A DNA stretch of 64,000 nt from Acidobacteriota bacterium (GCA_965249865.1 CBDFMZ010000001.1:40202-104201); one strand, 5' to 3'. Shown: positions 40,031-50,725, numbered from the stretch's first letter. A program made the numbers and translations. The notes: generated by a model from the sequence alone, not told the origin.

Positions 40031-40666
40031 CTAGGGGTGAATCAACCCTCCGCTCGGTACTTCCGAGGCGATTTTGGGATGATTTCGAGTGATGAATCTG
40101 AGATAGTTTTCCCAATCGGACCACTGATCCAGGTGATAACGGATGCCAGCCTCCATAACCTCCAGGCACACTACTAGATCTCCCGTGCGCAGAACAGTAT
40201 CTCGTTCGGAGTCTCCACTTCTTCGCTTTTCTAGAAAACCGCGCAAATCCCTCAATAAGGCCTGAACCAGGGGATTGGAAGAAGTGTATTCATAGAGCAC
40301 TCCCTTCTCCTCTGTTTGGTAGGTCTCCTTCAGCAAAATAATCGCTTCCAGAATATCTTGATCAAAAAAGGAGTGCAGCCTACCTGCGTACAGGACAATA
40401 ACTTCTTCCACACTGCTAACGAGCTCGCCGAATTTCTGGGTGTTATCATACAGCTTCCTGCGGCGGACGGGGTCGTGTTCATGGCTCAATTGACCTATGT
40501 ACTTTTTAGCCACAACATAGCTCTGACCGGATTTCAGATAAACACAATCAGCTGGGCAGGCGATATCAATTACCCGATATTCGCTACAGCATTGTGCACA
40601 GGTGTAGCTCCTTTTTGCTGGGCAAAAACGTTTCCCTTTCCTCTTTCCACACAAAGTACATTTCAC
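40031..40666 (-). CDS. Conserved hypothetical protein with an N-terminal Cys-rich (Zn-finger-like) domain
   Basis: MKCTLCGKRKGKRFCPA...CAQCC...CPADC.YL followed by a helical domain. Confidence 0.7.
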   Translation of the reverse strand: MKCTLCGKRKGKRFCPAKRSYTCAQCCSEYRVIDIACPADCVYLKSGQSYVVAKKYIGQLSHEHDPVRRRKLYDNTQKFGELVSSVEEVIVLYAGRLHSFFDQDILEAIILLKETYQTEEKGVLYEYTSSNPLVQALLRDLRGFLEKRRSGDSERDTVLRTGDLVVCLEVMEAGIRYHLDQWSDWENYLRFITRNHPKIASEVPSGGLIHP

Positions 40667-40758
40667 CTGGTTCGATACCTTTGCATTCCTTTGCGTCCTT
40701 TCACCCGTCAGTATAACCTGGATTCTCTCATAGCAAACATGCGTTATAATCCAGAGGA

Positions 40759-41142
40759 ATGGAAGAAAGGTTTTTCACCGTTCACGAAGCTCGCCGGCTT
40801 CTGCCCGTGATTAAAAGACTCATGGGCAGAACGATTGCGATTTCGAGCCAGTTGGAAGAGTATCGGGAGACGGTTCAACAACTGGCCAAGAAGGCCTCGT
40901 TTAACTCCGGAAGTCCGGAGGGAACGGCCTTCTTAGAAAAATTGATTGCACTCCAGCAATGTCTAACCGAGATCCAAGAAAAGGGTTGCCTGGTCAAAGA
41001 GGTTCGGAACGGGGTGGTCGATTTTCCGCACTTGAAAGATGGACGAGAAGTCTATCTGTGCTGGAAGTACGGCGAAGATGATATTCATTTCTGGCATGAA
41101 GTCGACGCAGGTTTAGCGGGACGAAAACCGCTACTGGACTGA
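40759..41142 (+). CDS. DUF2203 domain protein
   Basis: FFTVHEARRLLP, GVVDFP...GREVYLCWKYGE..I.FWH. Confidence 0.88.
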   Translation: MEERFFTVHEARRLLPVIKRLMGRTIAISSQLEEYRETVQQLAKKASFNSGSPEGTAFLEKLIALQQCLTEIQEKGCLVKEVRNGVVDFPHLKDGREVYLCWKYGEDDIHFWHEVDAGLAGRKPLLD

Positions 41143-41238
41143 ATTATCCCAGTCTAAGGTTCCATAACTGGTGACCGGGTGATGGAACCGGACACCAAAC
41201 TGGATCTTCTTGCCATTACACTGATAGAGGAGTTACCC

Positions 41239-41850
41239 ATGAAACAGAGTCACCGTATCTTGGTACTTTTACTTCTGGGGTTTATCGCCACAGCTTTACT
41301 CGGATGCTTGAGTAGTGAAAAAGAGCAACCCCGCCCATCTTCCTCCGTCACACCCATAGCTGATGTATTACCGGTCTTCGCTTCTTCACTCACCTTCAAG
41401 GCCCCCTCAGAGTGGATCGAGGAATCCCCTGTGTCCCACATGCGCCAGGCTCAGTATCGCTTGCCGCATGCTCAAGGAGACTTGGAAGATGCGGAATTGG
41501 TGGTCTTTTACTTCCAAGGGCAGGGAGGGTCTGTAGAGGCCAATATCGAGCGATGGGTGGGACAGTTTAAAAAATCTGATGGCAGTGCAGCCTCCGATCT
41601 AACCAAAATCATCAATACAAAATCCAAAGGCGTTCCCCTAACCATCGTCGACATTAGTGGAACCTACGTCCCCAGGAGGGGACCGATGATGGCCGCGGAA
41701 GAACCAAAACCCGACTTCCGAATGCTGGCGGCGATTGCCGAAACTACAGGTGGACCCTGGTTTTTTAAACTGACCGGTCCCAAAAATACCATCGCGAAAT
41801 GGAAAGAGAGCTTTTTCTCTTTCCTGAACACGATTGAGCTGGTGAGTTAA
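41239..41850 (+). CDS. Hypothetical lipoprotein
   Basis: Lipobox LLGC; MR.AQY.LP, LVVFYF.GQGGSVEANIERWVGQF, WFFKLTGP. Confidence 0.7.
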   Translation: MKQSHRILVLLLLGFIATALLGCLSSEKEQPRPSSSVTPIADVLPVFASSLTFKAPSEWIEESPVSHMRQAQYRLPHAQGDLEDAELVVFYFQGQGGSVEANIERWVGQFKKSDGSAASDLTKIINTKSKGVPLTIVDISGTYVPRRGPMMAAEEPKPDFRMLAAIAETTGGPWFFKLTGPKNTIAKWKESFFSFLNTIELVS

Positions 41851-41929
41851 GCGCAGGAAAAAAACTCAACTGGCTGCGACTACTCAATAAACGCTGCGCC
41901 ATTTCTCTTCGATAAGATAATCTGAGGAA

Positions 41930-42850
41930 GTGTTCGCTACTTCATCCAAACTGTCGAAGGTGAGAAAAATCAGTATTCTTTGTGGCCTCTTTTTTCTGTT
42001 CGCCTGTGCCTGGGGAAACCCTCTCCCCAATGTGTCCAAATTGGAAGTCTCTCACCAGGCCCGATCGCTTCAACCCGGCGAAGTTGTTTTGATCAATGTT
42101 CGCACACCGATCCCTCTAGAGCACATAAAGGGCCAGGCATTCGGGAAGAGGTTTTACCTTTACCTAACCGATGAAGTAGGAGTATGGAGAGGTCTACTCG
42201 GAATCGATTTGGAAACCGCACCCGGTTTATATCAGGTTGAACTGTTGGGCCGAGGACCAAAAGGACAGACTCTCTCAAACAGTCATGAACTTGTCATTGT
42301 GGGCAAGCGGTTTCCCACACGCCGGCTGACGGTTGCGGAAAAGTTTGTTAATCCTCCTCCGGAGATGCTAAAACGAATCGCTCGAGAGAGCAAAATGACC
42401 TCGGATATATTCAGAAGGGTAAGTCCGGAAAAACTGTGGAATGGGCCTTTTTTCGCTCCGGTTCCCGGCACACCCAGCAGCAGTTTTGGGAAACGCAGCA
42501 TTCTCAACGACAAACCCCGAAGTCCCCATAGCGGAACCGATTTCCGAGCCAACAAAGGAGTCCCTGTGAAAGCTCCTAACCTGGGGAGGGTAGTGCTGGC
42601 TACTGATCTTTACTATTCGGGAAATACCGTGATTCTGGATCACGGACTTGGTTTGTATTCGTATTTTGCCCACTTGTCTCGGATAACCGTGAGGGAGGGG
42701 GAACTGGTTTCGCTGGGAGACGTGATCGGTCACGTCGGCGCCACCGGCCGAGTTACAGGACCTCACCTACATTGGTCTGTACGTCTTTCTCTGGCCCGAG
42801 TGGACCCCCTATCTTTGATGGAAGTTTTGTCTTCAAGCGCCCTTGAATAG
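41930..42850 (+). CDS. M23 family metallopeptidase
   Basis: HSGTD (HxxxD), GNTVILDHG, YFAHLS, GPHLHW (HxH). Confidence 0.92.
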   Translation: MFATSSKLSKVRKISILCGLFFLFACAWGNPLPNVSKLEVSHQARSLQPGEVVLINVRTPIPLEHIKGQAFGKRFYLYLTDEVGVWRGLLGIDLETAPGLYQVELLGRGPKGQTLSNSHELVIVGKRFPTRRLTVAEKFVNPPPEMLKRIARESKMTSDIFRRVSPEKLWNGPFFAPVPGTPSSSFGKRSILNDKPRSPHSGTDFRANKGVPVKAPNLGRVVLATDLYYSGNTVILDHGLGLYSYFAHLSRITVREGELVSLGDVIGHVGATGRVTGPHLHWSVRLSLARVDPLSLMEVLSSSALE

Positions 42851-42923
42851 TCAAGTACCCAATGGGAACAATTGGGCGGGATGCTTCAGATTTCGTGCGG
42901 TGCCACGCAACTTTCACCATGGG

Positions 42924-43664
42924 CTAGTTCCCTACTACCTCGAGAATTATCGCTTCTACTTTTTTCCAGACCATCGGATCGAAATCCATTTTCGTGTGTG
43001 CGGTTCGGAAAATCCTCTTGAACCAGAAGACTTCCGAAAGATCAATAGTTTTGTCCCGGTAGTCAAACTCGAAATTACCGATGATTTCGGTTTTATTGGC
43101 ATCTTCCGGACGTATCTCCGGCTCGCCCCGCACCAACAGGCCGTTCTTCTGGAAAAGATTCGCAGCACGGGCCACGTTTGAAGGAATGATTCCATCATCC
43201 ATCCCCACGCTGTCAATTTGAACTGTCAGCAAGACGGGAATCGCCTTTTCTTTGAGTTGCTTTGCCAGTTTCACTACAGCTGCTCCTCCGAAGCTCTGCC
43301 CATAGAGAATCAGACATACCGAACCCCGCTCCGTTTCATCTAGTTTTCCATCCTGGTTACGGTCGAAGGCTTCACATATCAGCCGTAGGGCTAGTTTCCG
43401 CTTCTTATTCTCCACCGTTTCTACATGAACCTCGGGATAAAGCATCGACCGTAGTTTCAGCGCCAGTTTTCGCACTCCACGTTGTGGATTGTCCCAGGGT
43501 TCTCGACCGCCCATAAACCCAAGGATTAGGAAATGCTGCTGCTGCAACGGGGTCCTGGTAGTGAAATGGTGGTAGCGCTGCCCGTGAAAAAACACACAGC
43601 CGACTCCCACAAAAAAAACGAGGATTAACAAGACTTTCGTCAACTTCTTCGTCCCAAGCTCCAT
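42924..43664 (-). CDS. Hypothetical exported protein with an alpha/beta-hydrolase-like GxSxG motif
   Basis: N-terminal anchor, LYGQSFGG, QIDSV, AHT. Confidence 0.55.
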   Translation of the reverse strand: MELGTKKLTKVLLILVFFVGVGCVFFHGQRYHHFTTRTPLQQQHFLILGFMGGREPWDNPQRGVRKLALKLRSMLYPEVHVETVENKKRKLALRLICEAFDRNQDGKLDETERGSVCLILYGQSFGGAAVVKLAKQLKEKAIPVLLTVQIDSVGMDDGIIPSNVARAANLFQKNGLLVRGEPEIRPEDANKTEIIGNFEFDYRDKTIDLSEVFWFKRIFRTAHTKMDFDPMVWKKVEAIILEVVGN

Positions 43665-43785
43665 GGCAATATCTATTACAGCATACCAAAAAAAAGAATG
43701 AAATCAGCTGGCCAACACACTATCGTGTGCTCGGGGGGAAAACTGAAAATTAGACTTTCAAGAACGATTCCGTAGAATAAAAGCC

Positions 43786-44265
43786 ATGTCGTCCAAAAAA
43801 GAAAAGGCCCTTGAAATCCTAGAGGAAGCAGGTCGATGCCACCGGGACGGAGATATTGAAGGCGCGATTGAAAAATACAAAGAGTCTATCGAACTTCATC
43901 CCACTGCTGACGCCCATACTTTTCTGGGTTGGATGTATAGCTTTCAGGAACGTATCGACGAGGCGATTGAACAGTGCAAAATAGCGATTGAATTAGATCC
44001 GGAGTTTGGCAATCCCTACAACGATATTGGCGTTTATTTGATGCAACAGGACCGACTTGATGAAGCGACACCCTGGCTGCGTCGAGCCATAAAGGCAAAA
44101 CGCTACGAACCCCGGCATTTTCCTCACCTCAATCTAGGGCGTATCTATATGACTCGCAAAGAATATGGAAAAGCTTTAGGAGAATTCCGTCAGGCCGCAA
44201 CTTACGCCCCAGACGACCCCGTCGCCGTCGCTGCTTTTCAGAACTTGGTGGGAAAGCTCAACTAA
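43786..44265 (+). CDS. Tetratricopeptide repeat protein
   Basis: AHTFLGW, AIELDPEFGNPYNDIGVY, PHLNLGRI. Confidence 0.88.
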   Translation: MSSKKEKALEILEEAGRCHRDGDIEGAIEKYKESIELHPTADAHTFLGWMYSFQERIDEAIEQCKIAIELDPEFGNPYNDIGVYLMQQDRLDEATPWLRRAIKAKRYEPRHFPHLNLGRIYMTRKEYGKALGEFRQAATYAPDDPVAVAAFQNLVGKLN

Positions 44266-44303
44266 GTGTTACGTTTCTTGAATATCATGAAACGAAACAC
44301 TTA
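44263..44303. terminator. Hairpin between convergent genes, likely a bidirectional terminator
   Basis: TAAGTGTTACGTTTC...GAAACGAAACACTTA, near-perfect inverted repeat. Confidence 0.55.
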
Positions 44304-44338
44304 TGTAGTTTGCCAAAAGAAATTGTGACCGATGCGAA

Positions 44339-45529
44339 TCAAAGCAAAGTGAGTGCTTTTTTCAGGGCTGAGCTCAGCCCTTTTTCTCGTGTTCCTCCAG
44401 CTCGGGCAAGTCGTGAGTGGCCACCTCCCCGTCCATGGATAAAAGGCGCTGCGACGCGAATCCACTCCGCCATATCATGGGGAAGATCCTTCGAGCAGGC
44501 AAAGATCAGAGTAGGCCGTTCTCCTCGCACACCCAACAGAAGCAAACGGTCCGAGCTGCCCTCGACAACTTTTTGGGCAAGTTTCTCAACTATCTGTCGC
44601 TTTTCCTTGTCCAGAACATCGCAAATGACCTGGGTTCCTTTCCTTTCTTGACTGTCTCTCACCAACCTCTCTGCCTCAGCGTCGAGGAGAACATCTTGCG
44701 TGTTCTCAAGTTTTTCGCGCAGGCTTTGTTCCCTCTCGAAGTGCTCCTCTGCAGCTTCCACCACCTCACAATCAGCCCTGCGATAAAGTCGGGAGAGACG
44801 GTAGATGGCACGGTTTTTCCAGCGATAATCCTGTAAAGCCCGCCAGCCACAGTAGAAGCTAACTCGCGCTTGTTTTTTAACCCGCTCCCAGCGACGAACT
44901 TTAATTACTCCCACCTCTCCTGTCCGCTGACAGTGAGTTCCCCCGCAGGGTGACCAGTCGAACTCCGCAACCTCGACAATGCGGAGCTGGCCTGAAAGCG
45001 AGGAAAGCTTTCGGATCGGTAATTGATCCTGCTCTTTGCTATCAATGAAGTGAACATCAATGGGGCGATTTTCGAAAACCACTTGATTGGCCAGGTCTTC
45101 CGCTTGGTAGATTTCCTCCGTCGTAAGCTCCTCTCTGGACAAATCGATGGTTGAGATTTCTGCCCCAAGATGAAAAGATTCAGTATGGCATCCCAAAAGG
45201 CGAAAGAACGTCTGGGAGAGGATATGCTGACCGGTGTGTTGTTGCATGTGTTCAAAGCGTCGTTTCCAGTCGATCTTTCCCTCGACCGTTGCTCCAACTT
45301 CCGGTCCTTTTCCATCGAGAAAGTGAAGCACCCTTTCTCCTTCCTCAACCACATCGACCACCTTGACCCCCGCCAGCCACCCGCAGTCATGGGGCTGACC
45401 GCCAGAAACAGGATAAAAACAGGTTCGATCCAGTACAACTGTAGTTCTGCCCTGCCGGACAGCTCTTTCAAGAAGTGTTCCGGTAAACTCCTGTTGATAT
45501 GAATCCGTATAATAGAGTTTTTCGGTCAT
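44339..45529 (-). CDS. Alanyl-tRNA editing protein (AlaX-like, tRNA_SAD plus DHHA1)
   Basis: GGQPHD.G, HMQQHTGQH (HxxxH), CGGTH, GGG C-terminal domain. Confidence 0.9.
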   Translation of the reverse strand: MTEKLYYTDSYQQEFTGTLLERAVRQGRTTVVLDRTCFYPVSGGQPHDCGWLAGVKVVDVVEEGERVLHFLDGKGPEVGATVEGKIDWKRRFEHMQQHTGQHILSQTFFRLLGCHTESFHLGAEISTIDLSREELTTEEIYQAEDLANQVVFENRPIDVHFIDSKEQDQLPIRKLSSLSGQLRIVEVAEFDWSPCGGTHCQRTGEVGVIKVRRWERVKKQARVSFYCGWRALQDYRWKNRAIYRLSRLYRRADCEVVEAAEEHFEREQSLREKLENTQDVLLDAEAERLVRDSQERKGTQVICDVLDKEKRQIVEKLAQKVVEGSSDRLLLLGVRGERPTLIFACSKDLPHDMAEWIRVAAPFIHGRGGGHSRLARAGGTREKGLSSALKKALTLL

Positions 45530-45620
45530 AAAGCCTCTCTACCAGAACACCACAAAAAGCACAATAACAGTCAAATTTGCAGTGGTTCGATTCGGGAACG
45601 GAAGTGAGACTTCCGGACAA

Positions 45621-46466
45621 TTAAGAAAACTGAAACCATTTTTGAAAGGTGATGCGGAAAAGGTAGTTGGGCGCGGAGTAGTCTCGTAAGCTCCTGGCCA
45701 TCCCGAAGTTGAATCCCCAACGATGCGGCAGACGATAGCGAAAACCCAGCTCAAGGCTGGGCTCGAAAGGTTTCGAACGGATGGGCTTGGCACCGGAAAA
45801 AGAAACCAATAGAGCATACTTGGAACTTCGGGGGCTGTACTGAGCTCCGACCAGAATGCGCCCCTTATCCACCTCGCTGACCAGAATCGGCTTCGGGTCA
45901 TGGCCACCGACTGTGTAGGCGCCATTGACATGCAAAAGCCAGTTACTCCGCCACCAGGTTATCAGAATTGACGAGGTTCCGTTCCATCTCCCCGTGCTGA
46001 ATCCTCCGCTAGGAACCAGAAGATCCTGGCGAAAGGTAATCGCCGGTGTCGAATGGTCCGCCGCACACAACTGGTAAAGAGCCGAAATAGCGGAATTCGA
46101 AAGTGCCGAAGAGGTTTCCGTTCGAACATTAAAGATCACCGCTTCGAACGCCGTGGCAATTGCCATCCGATTGGTGAGTGCCCAGTAGACTTGCCACGGG
46201 AACTTCGTCGTGGGGAAATCCCCCGAGTCTTCCTCGAATTCCACCCCCCAAAATAGCAATACGCTACCAGCCGAGGCTAGCAAAGCACTTTCTACCAGAA
46301 GAGGATGACGGGTGCGCGTCGCGAGGAAGCTATTCTGGGCCCAAATGGGGATAGAAAACACAAATGGCCACGACAGCAAAAAAAACAGTATTTGAACAAG
46401 AAAACCGGTGCGCCTAAAAGTTTCCATTGACCAGTCTCTGCTCACATAAACCAAACACGACCCCAT
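45621..46466 (-). CDS. Hypothetical protein, possibly an outer-membrane beta-barrel
   Basis: Long ORF with signal-like N-terminus and alternating aromatic strands (LELGFRYRL, LFRITFQKWF). Confidence 0.45.
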   Translation of the reverse strand: MGSCLVYVSRDWSMETFRRTGFLVQILFFLLSWPFVFSIPIWAQNSFLATRTRHPLLVESALLASAGSVLLFWGVEFEEDSGDFPTTKFPWQVYWALTNRMAIATAFEAVIFNVRTETSSALSNSAISALYQLCAADHSTPAITFRQDLLVPSGGFSTGRWNGTSSILITWWRSNWLLHVNGAYTVGGHDPKPILVSEVDKGRILVGAQYSPRSSKYALLVSFSGAKPIRSKPFEPSLELGFRYRLPHRWGFNFGMARSLRDYSAPNYLFRITFQKWFQFS

Positions 46467-46486
46467 ACGTCTTTGAGCACAGGATG

Positions 46487-46948
46487 CTAGCTCAAAAGAT
46501 TGCGCACGATTTTATTGACAACCTTCCCATCCGCAACTCCGTGAATTCTGGGCATTAAAATCTTCATGACAACACCCAAATCTTTGAGGGTACTGGCCCC
46601 GGCTTCCGTGATGGCCTCAGTAGCAAATCGTGCAACTTCGTCCTCAGAGAGTTGGCGTGGCAGGTATTCCTGAATGATTGCCAATTCCGCTGCTTCCTTC
46701 TTCACGAGATCTTCTCGATCAACTTGTCGGTAACTCTCTATGGACTGGCGTTGCTGCTTGGCGTACCCAATAATGACTTCCACAGTCTCCGTATCACTGA
46801 GCTCATAATCAAGCCCCTTCTTGACGCGCAGGTTCACCTGTGCTTCGACTATCTTTGCCCTGACCATTCGCAAGACACTTACGCGGTCTCGCTTCCCAGA
46901 TTTCATGGCACTTTTCAAATCTGAGATGAGACGATCTCTGATCGACAT
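46487..46948 (-). CDS. GatB/YqeY domain protein
   Basis: DLKSAMK, KQQRQSIESY, ELAII.EYLP.QLS, G.VM..LM, ADGK. Confidence 0.9.
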   Translation of the reverse strand: MSIRDRLISDLKSAMKSGKRDRVSVLRMVRAKIVEAQVNLRVKKGLDYELSDTETVEVIIGYAKQQRQSIESYRQVDREDLVKKEAAELAIIQEYLPRQLSEDEVARFATEAITEAGASTLKDLGVVMKILMPRIHGVADGKVVNKIVRNLLS

Positions 46949-47186
46949 GCTCGCTCCTTCACCCGATTGGGTTGAACGATTGAATTTTAAATGCTGAGTT
47001 TGAACTGCGTCAAACCAAGCTGTTAAAACACTCCAGCCATCACCTCAACCATAACCTGCTTTGAAATTCACAATTTATTTGACTAGACTCTATTTCACCA
47101 CCTTTACCGCCCGCACTTTGCAGCGGCACGAACATGGTGATAGCTGACACTTACATAGTGGACCTTCTATTTCACGGAGAACTATT

Positions 47187-47508
47187 ATGTCTAAAATACT
47201 TCATTTCGATGTAGCAATTTAAAAACTGCGAGCGAGCAAAAACGTTCTATCAGGAGGTATTCGGCTGGACGATCTAAAAGTGTGGGCAGACCCACAAGAC
47301 TGAGTAATGATGAGAAACCAGTTTCTAAACACCTCAACGGCCAATTCTGTGTATAGTTTGATCAGTCGATGAATATGGGGCAAAGCTGACGGATAAGAGA
47401 GGCGAATTTATGGTCCCTAAAATAACCATTCCAGAGATCGGCTATAACGCTGCCTGCCAGGACAACGAAGGCATAACTTTTGACCTTTTCGAGCCAGGCG
47501 GTGCATAG
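47187..47508 (+). pseudogene. VOC/glyoxalase family pseudogene
   Basis: RBS GGAG + MSKILHFDVAI* / ERAKTFYQEVFGWTI* / SVDEYGAKLTDKRGEFMVPKITIPEIGYNAACQDNEGITFDLFEP; several stops and a frameshift. Confidence 0.8.
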
Positions 47509-47513
47509 TAATC

Positions 47514-49247
47514 ATGAAGTTATTACCTCCCATCACTCTGCCAAAGAAACAAAACATGAAGAGGATATTTGCGGTGGAATGTTGCCTGACCATAACGCTG
47601 ATTTTTCCCGCCTGCGACGGCGATCATTCACGGGCAATTCCACCAGCGGCTGCCTTGGCCACCATTCGAGACAAAGACCTGGTCGGACACATTAAAACCC
47701 TGGCCTCGGATGATTTTGAGGGCCGCTTTCCCGGCTCGAAAGGGGAAGAAATGACGATCCATTACCTGGCTGAGCATTTCAAGAGTCTGGGCCTGCTCGC
47801 CGGCAATAGCAACGGGACTTACTTTCAAAAAGTTCCTCTTGTTGGAATTACAGCCGACCCAGCTATGCAGCTGGTCTTCAAGAGCTCTCAAAACACTCTA
47901 AAGTTCCGGTACGGTGAGGAATTCATGGCCTGGACCAAACGTGTGACCAAAGAAGCCAACATTCAGGACTCCGAAGTTGTGTTCGTTGGCTACGGCGTAG
48001 TAGCACCCGAGTTTGGGTGGGACGACTTCAAGGGTGTGGACGTCCGAGGCAAAATACTAATCATGCTTGTCAACGACCCTCCCCTTCCCGACCCCAACGA
48101 TTCCTCGAAACTGGCAGAAACTTTCTTCGGTGGAAAGGCTATGACGTATTACGGACGCTGGACCTATAAGTACGAAATGGCAACCCAAAAGGGGGCTCTG
48201 GGCTGCTTCGTCATTCACGAAACCGGTCCGGCAGGCTATCCCTGGGAAGTGGTGGAAGGAAGTTGGAAGGGTGAGCAATTCGATCTGGTTACCCTGGACC
48301 AAAATATGTCTCGGATGGGGGTCGAAGGGTGGCTGACCTATGAATCTGCCCAGACGTTGTTTGATCGGACTGGTTACGACCTAGACACACTCAAGGAAGC
48401 AGCCATGCGAAGCGATTTTACCCCTCTTCCTCTCGGGATACGGGCCTCCCTAACTATTAAGAATGGTCTCCGAATAATCAATTCCCATAACGTCGTCGCT
48501 CGATTAGAAGGCAAAGATCTCATTGACGAACACGTCATCTACATGGCACACTGGGATCACCTCGGCAGAGATCCCACGCTTGAAGGCGATCCGATCTACA
48601 ATGGGGCAGTGGATAATGCCACGGGCGCCGCTGGTCTGCTGGAGTTGGCTGAAGCCTTCCGCAAGCTGAAAACGCCACCCCGCCGCTCTATCCTCTTTCT
48701 GGCAGTGACCGCTGAGGAACAAGGGCTTCTGGGTTCTCGCCATTATGCGGAAACTCCCCTCTATCCACTGGAGAAGACTCTCGCAGCTATCAACATCGAT
48801 GGCCTGAACGAGCTGGGACAGACTCGAGATATCACCATCATCGGGTTTGGAAATTCCACTCTGGATAACCTGATTGAAGCCATCGCCCACGAACAGGGAC
48901 GGGTGGTACGCCCCGATCCGCAACCGGGAAAAGGGTTTTTCTACCGTTCCGATCACTTCGAGTTTGCGAAACGTGGGGTACCGGCCGTCTATCTAAATGA
49001 AGGAGTGGACTTTGTCGGTCGTCCCGACGGATGGGGACTGCAAATGCGGGAGCAGTACACCCGGGAGCGGTATCACAAGCCATCGGATGAATTCAATCCG
49101 AATTGGGATCTGACGGGAATGGTTCAGGACCTGCAGCTCCTTTTCCAGGTGGGCTATCGGGTGGCCAACGCTAACCAGTATCCTGAGTGGATGCCAGGAA
49201 CCGAGTTCAAGTCCCGACGGGAGGCGATGCTGGGAACAGCAAAATAA
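47514..49247 (+). CDS. M28 family peptidase with PA domain
   Basis: LASDDFEGR.PG, FVGYG, YYGRWTYK, AHWDH, NGAVDNATG, AEEQGLLGS, RSDH, YHKPSD; ATG at 47556 is an alternative start. Confidence 0.92.
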   Translation: MKLLPPITLPKKQNMKRIFAVECCLTITLIFPACDGDHSRAIPPAAALATIRDKDLVGHIKTLASDDFEGRFPGSKGEEMTIHYLAEHFKSLGLLAGNSNGTYFQKVPLVGITADPAMQLVFKSSQNTLKFRYGEEFMAWTKRVTKEANIQDSEVVFVGYGVVAPEFGWDDFKGVDVRGKILIMLVNDPPLPDPNDSSKLAETFFGGKAMTYYGRWTYKYEMATQKGALGCFVIHETGPAGYPWEVVEGSWKGEQFDLVTLDQNMSRMGVEGWLTYESAQTLFDRTGYDLDTLKEAAMRSDFTPLPLGIRASLTIKNGLRIINSHNVVARLEGKDLIDEHVIYMAHWDHLGRDPTLEGDPIYNGAVDNATGAAGLLELAEAFRKLKTPPRRSILFLAVTAEEQGLLGSRHYAETPLYPLEKTLAAINIDGLNELGQTRDITIIGFGNSTLDNLIEAIAHEQGRVVRPDPQPGKGFFYRSDHFEFAKRGVPAVYLNEGVDFVGRPDGWGLQMREQYTRERYHKPSDEFNPNWDLTGMVQDLQLLFQVGYRVANANQYPEWMPGTEFKSRREAMLGTAK

Positions 49248-49336
49248 ACTTGCCCGGCTGATTATAGCCATTCACACGGATTAGCTAGACGGAAGTTCGC
49301 TGGGAAGTAAGCACGCGACCTCTTTTCTGCTCAAAC

Positions 49337-50725
49337 TCAAGCAAACAGCTCGCTGATCTCTCCAAACTCCATGAAACCCTTGGGTGAAATGTTTTCGATG
49401 TACTCAAAAGGCCTTCCGGAGAAGGTTTGTGTGATCTTTTTGGTCCAATCGATTCCCATCGCCGAATACATCGTCACCAAAACATCTTCCGGGTAGATAG
49501 AGCGGTTTGCATGCCATCCCGGGTCAATGATCTTCGCTCCCGTCTCCTCCTCGGTGCTCCCCAAGATCTGCCCTCCCCTGACACCGGCGCCGGCAAAAAG
49601 AACCATCGAGGCATAGGGGTAGTGATCACGTCCCTTATTTTCGTTCAATCCTCCTACGGTTCGTCCAAACTCTCCCATACAGGTAATCAGCACCTTGTCG
49701 AGGAGGCGTCTGCCCTGCTCGTCTGTTCTCGACCCTAAATCATCCAGAAGGTTAGACAGCGCAGAGTCGAGGTCTCGACACAGGGTATACTGGTTAGTCT
49801 TGGCCGTCTTATCGTAGGCCTTGCCGTGCAAATCCCAGCCGCCTTGCGATATCAGGATAAACTTGTTTCCCGCATTTTCCTGAACGATGTTTCTGGCAAG
49901 CAGGCAGGCATCACCCACGGTCGAGGAACCGTAACGCTCGCTTTCACTTGAATCGACCTTAAACACTTTAGAAACTCTGGGATGGCCCAACAGGGAATAA
50001 GCGCTTTCATACTTTTGGTTCAGATCACTGAAAATGCGACCACGACGGGGATCCTGCCCCCTCCATGACCCATCCAGATCCTGTAATATTTCCCGCCGTC
50101 TTTGGAACCGAAATTTTTCTTCCTCTGCCACCAAAAAAGGCGGCAGTTCCGAGGTGGTCATGGCCATCGGACCATAGGTCGCCGGCAGCACCCCCGAGCC
50201 CACCAATCTCAGTCCGGCACTGTTGACCACATTCATAGAGATGAAGGGAGGCAAAAAGTCCGACTCTTTCCGCTGGCTAGCAGACTCATAGGCCATCAGA
50301 GCTCCCACAGAAGGAATTTCTTTCACCCGCGCGGGACTGAGAATTCGCCCCGCCTGCACATAATAGCTGCCCCGGGTATGGTCAATTTCCCACGCCTCCA
50401 AAGACCGGACAATGGCGTACTGGTCGGTCCGAGCCGAAAGATTCGGCATCAATCCCACTGGCATCTGGAGTCCAGGTTTAACCGTTCTGATGTCAAAATC
50501 CTCGGGAGTCCATGGCCCCTCTTTCAGGTCAAAGGTGTCGACTTGGCTCGGCCCGCCCGCCAGGAAGAGTAAAATACACACTTCAGCTCCTCCCCGGGGC
50601 TGTACTTTAGCCGCAGCCCGGACATTTTTCGGCTTCAAGATAGGAAGCAAGTGATAGCCTGCCACCCCAACGCTGCCTACCATAAAGAACTCTCGACGGG
50701 TTAGCTCCGGTATTGGTATTGCCAT
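49337..50725 (-). CDS. DUF1501 domain protein (Tat-exported)
   Basis: TRREFF Tat-like motif, LAGGPSQVDTFD, GWDLH, MGEFGRT, GRDH. Confidence 0.88.
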   Translation of the reverse strand: MAIPIPELTRREFFMVGSVGVAGYHLLPILKPKNVRAAAKVQPRGGAEVCILLFLAGGPSQVDTFDLKEGPWTPEDFDIRTVKPGLQMPVGLMPNLSARTDQYAIVRSLEAWEIDHTRGSYYVQAGRILSPARVKEIPSVGALMAYESASQRKESDFLPPFISMNVVNSAGLRLVGSGVLPATYGPMAMTTSELPPFLVAEEEKFRFQRRREILQDLDGSWRGQDPRRGRIFSDLNQKYESAYSLLGHPRVSKVFKVDSSESERYGSSTVGDACLLARNIVQENAGNKFILISQGGWDLHGKAYDKTAKTNQYTLCRDLDSALSNLLDDLGSRTDEQGRRLLDKVLITCMGEFGRTVGGLNENKGRDHYPYASMVLFAGAGVRGGQILGSTEEETGAKIIDPGWHANRSIYPEDVLVTMYSAMGIDWTKKITQTFSGRPFEYIENISPKGFMEFGEISELFA

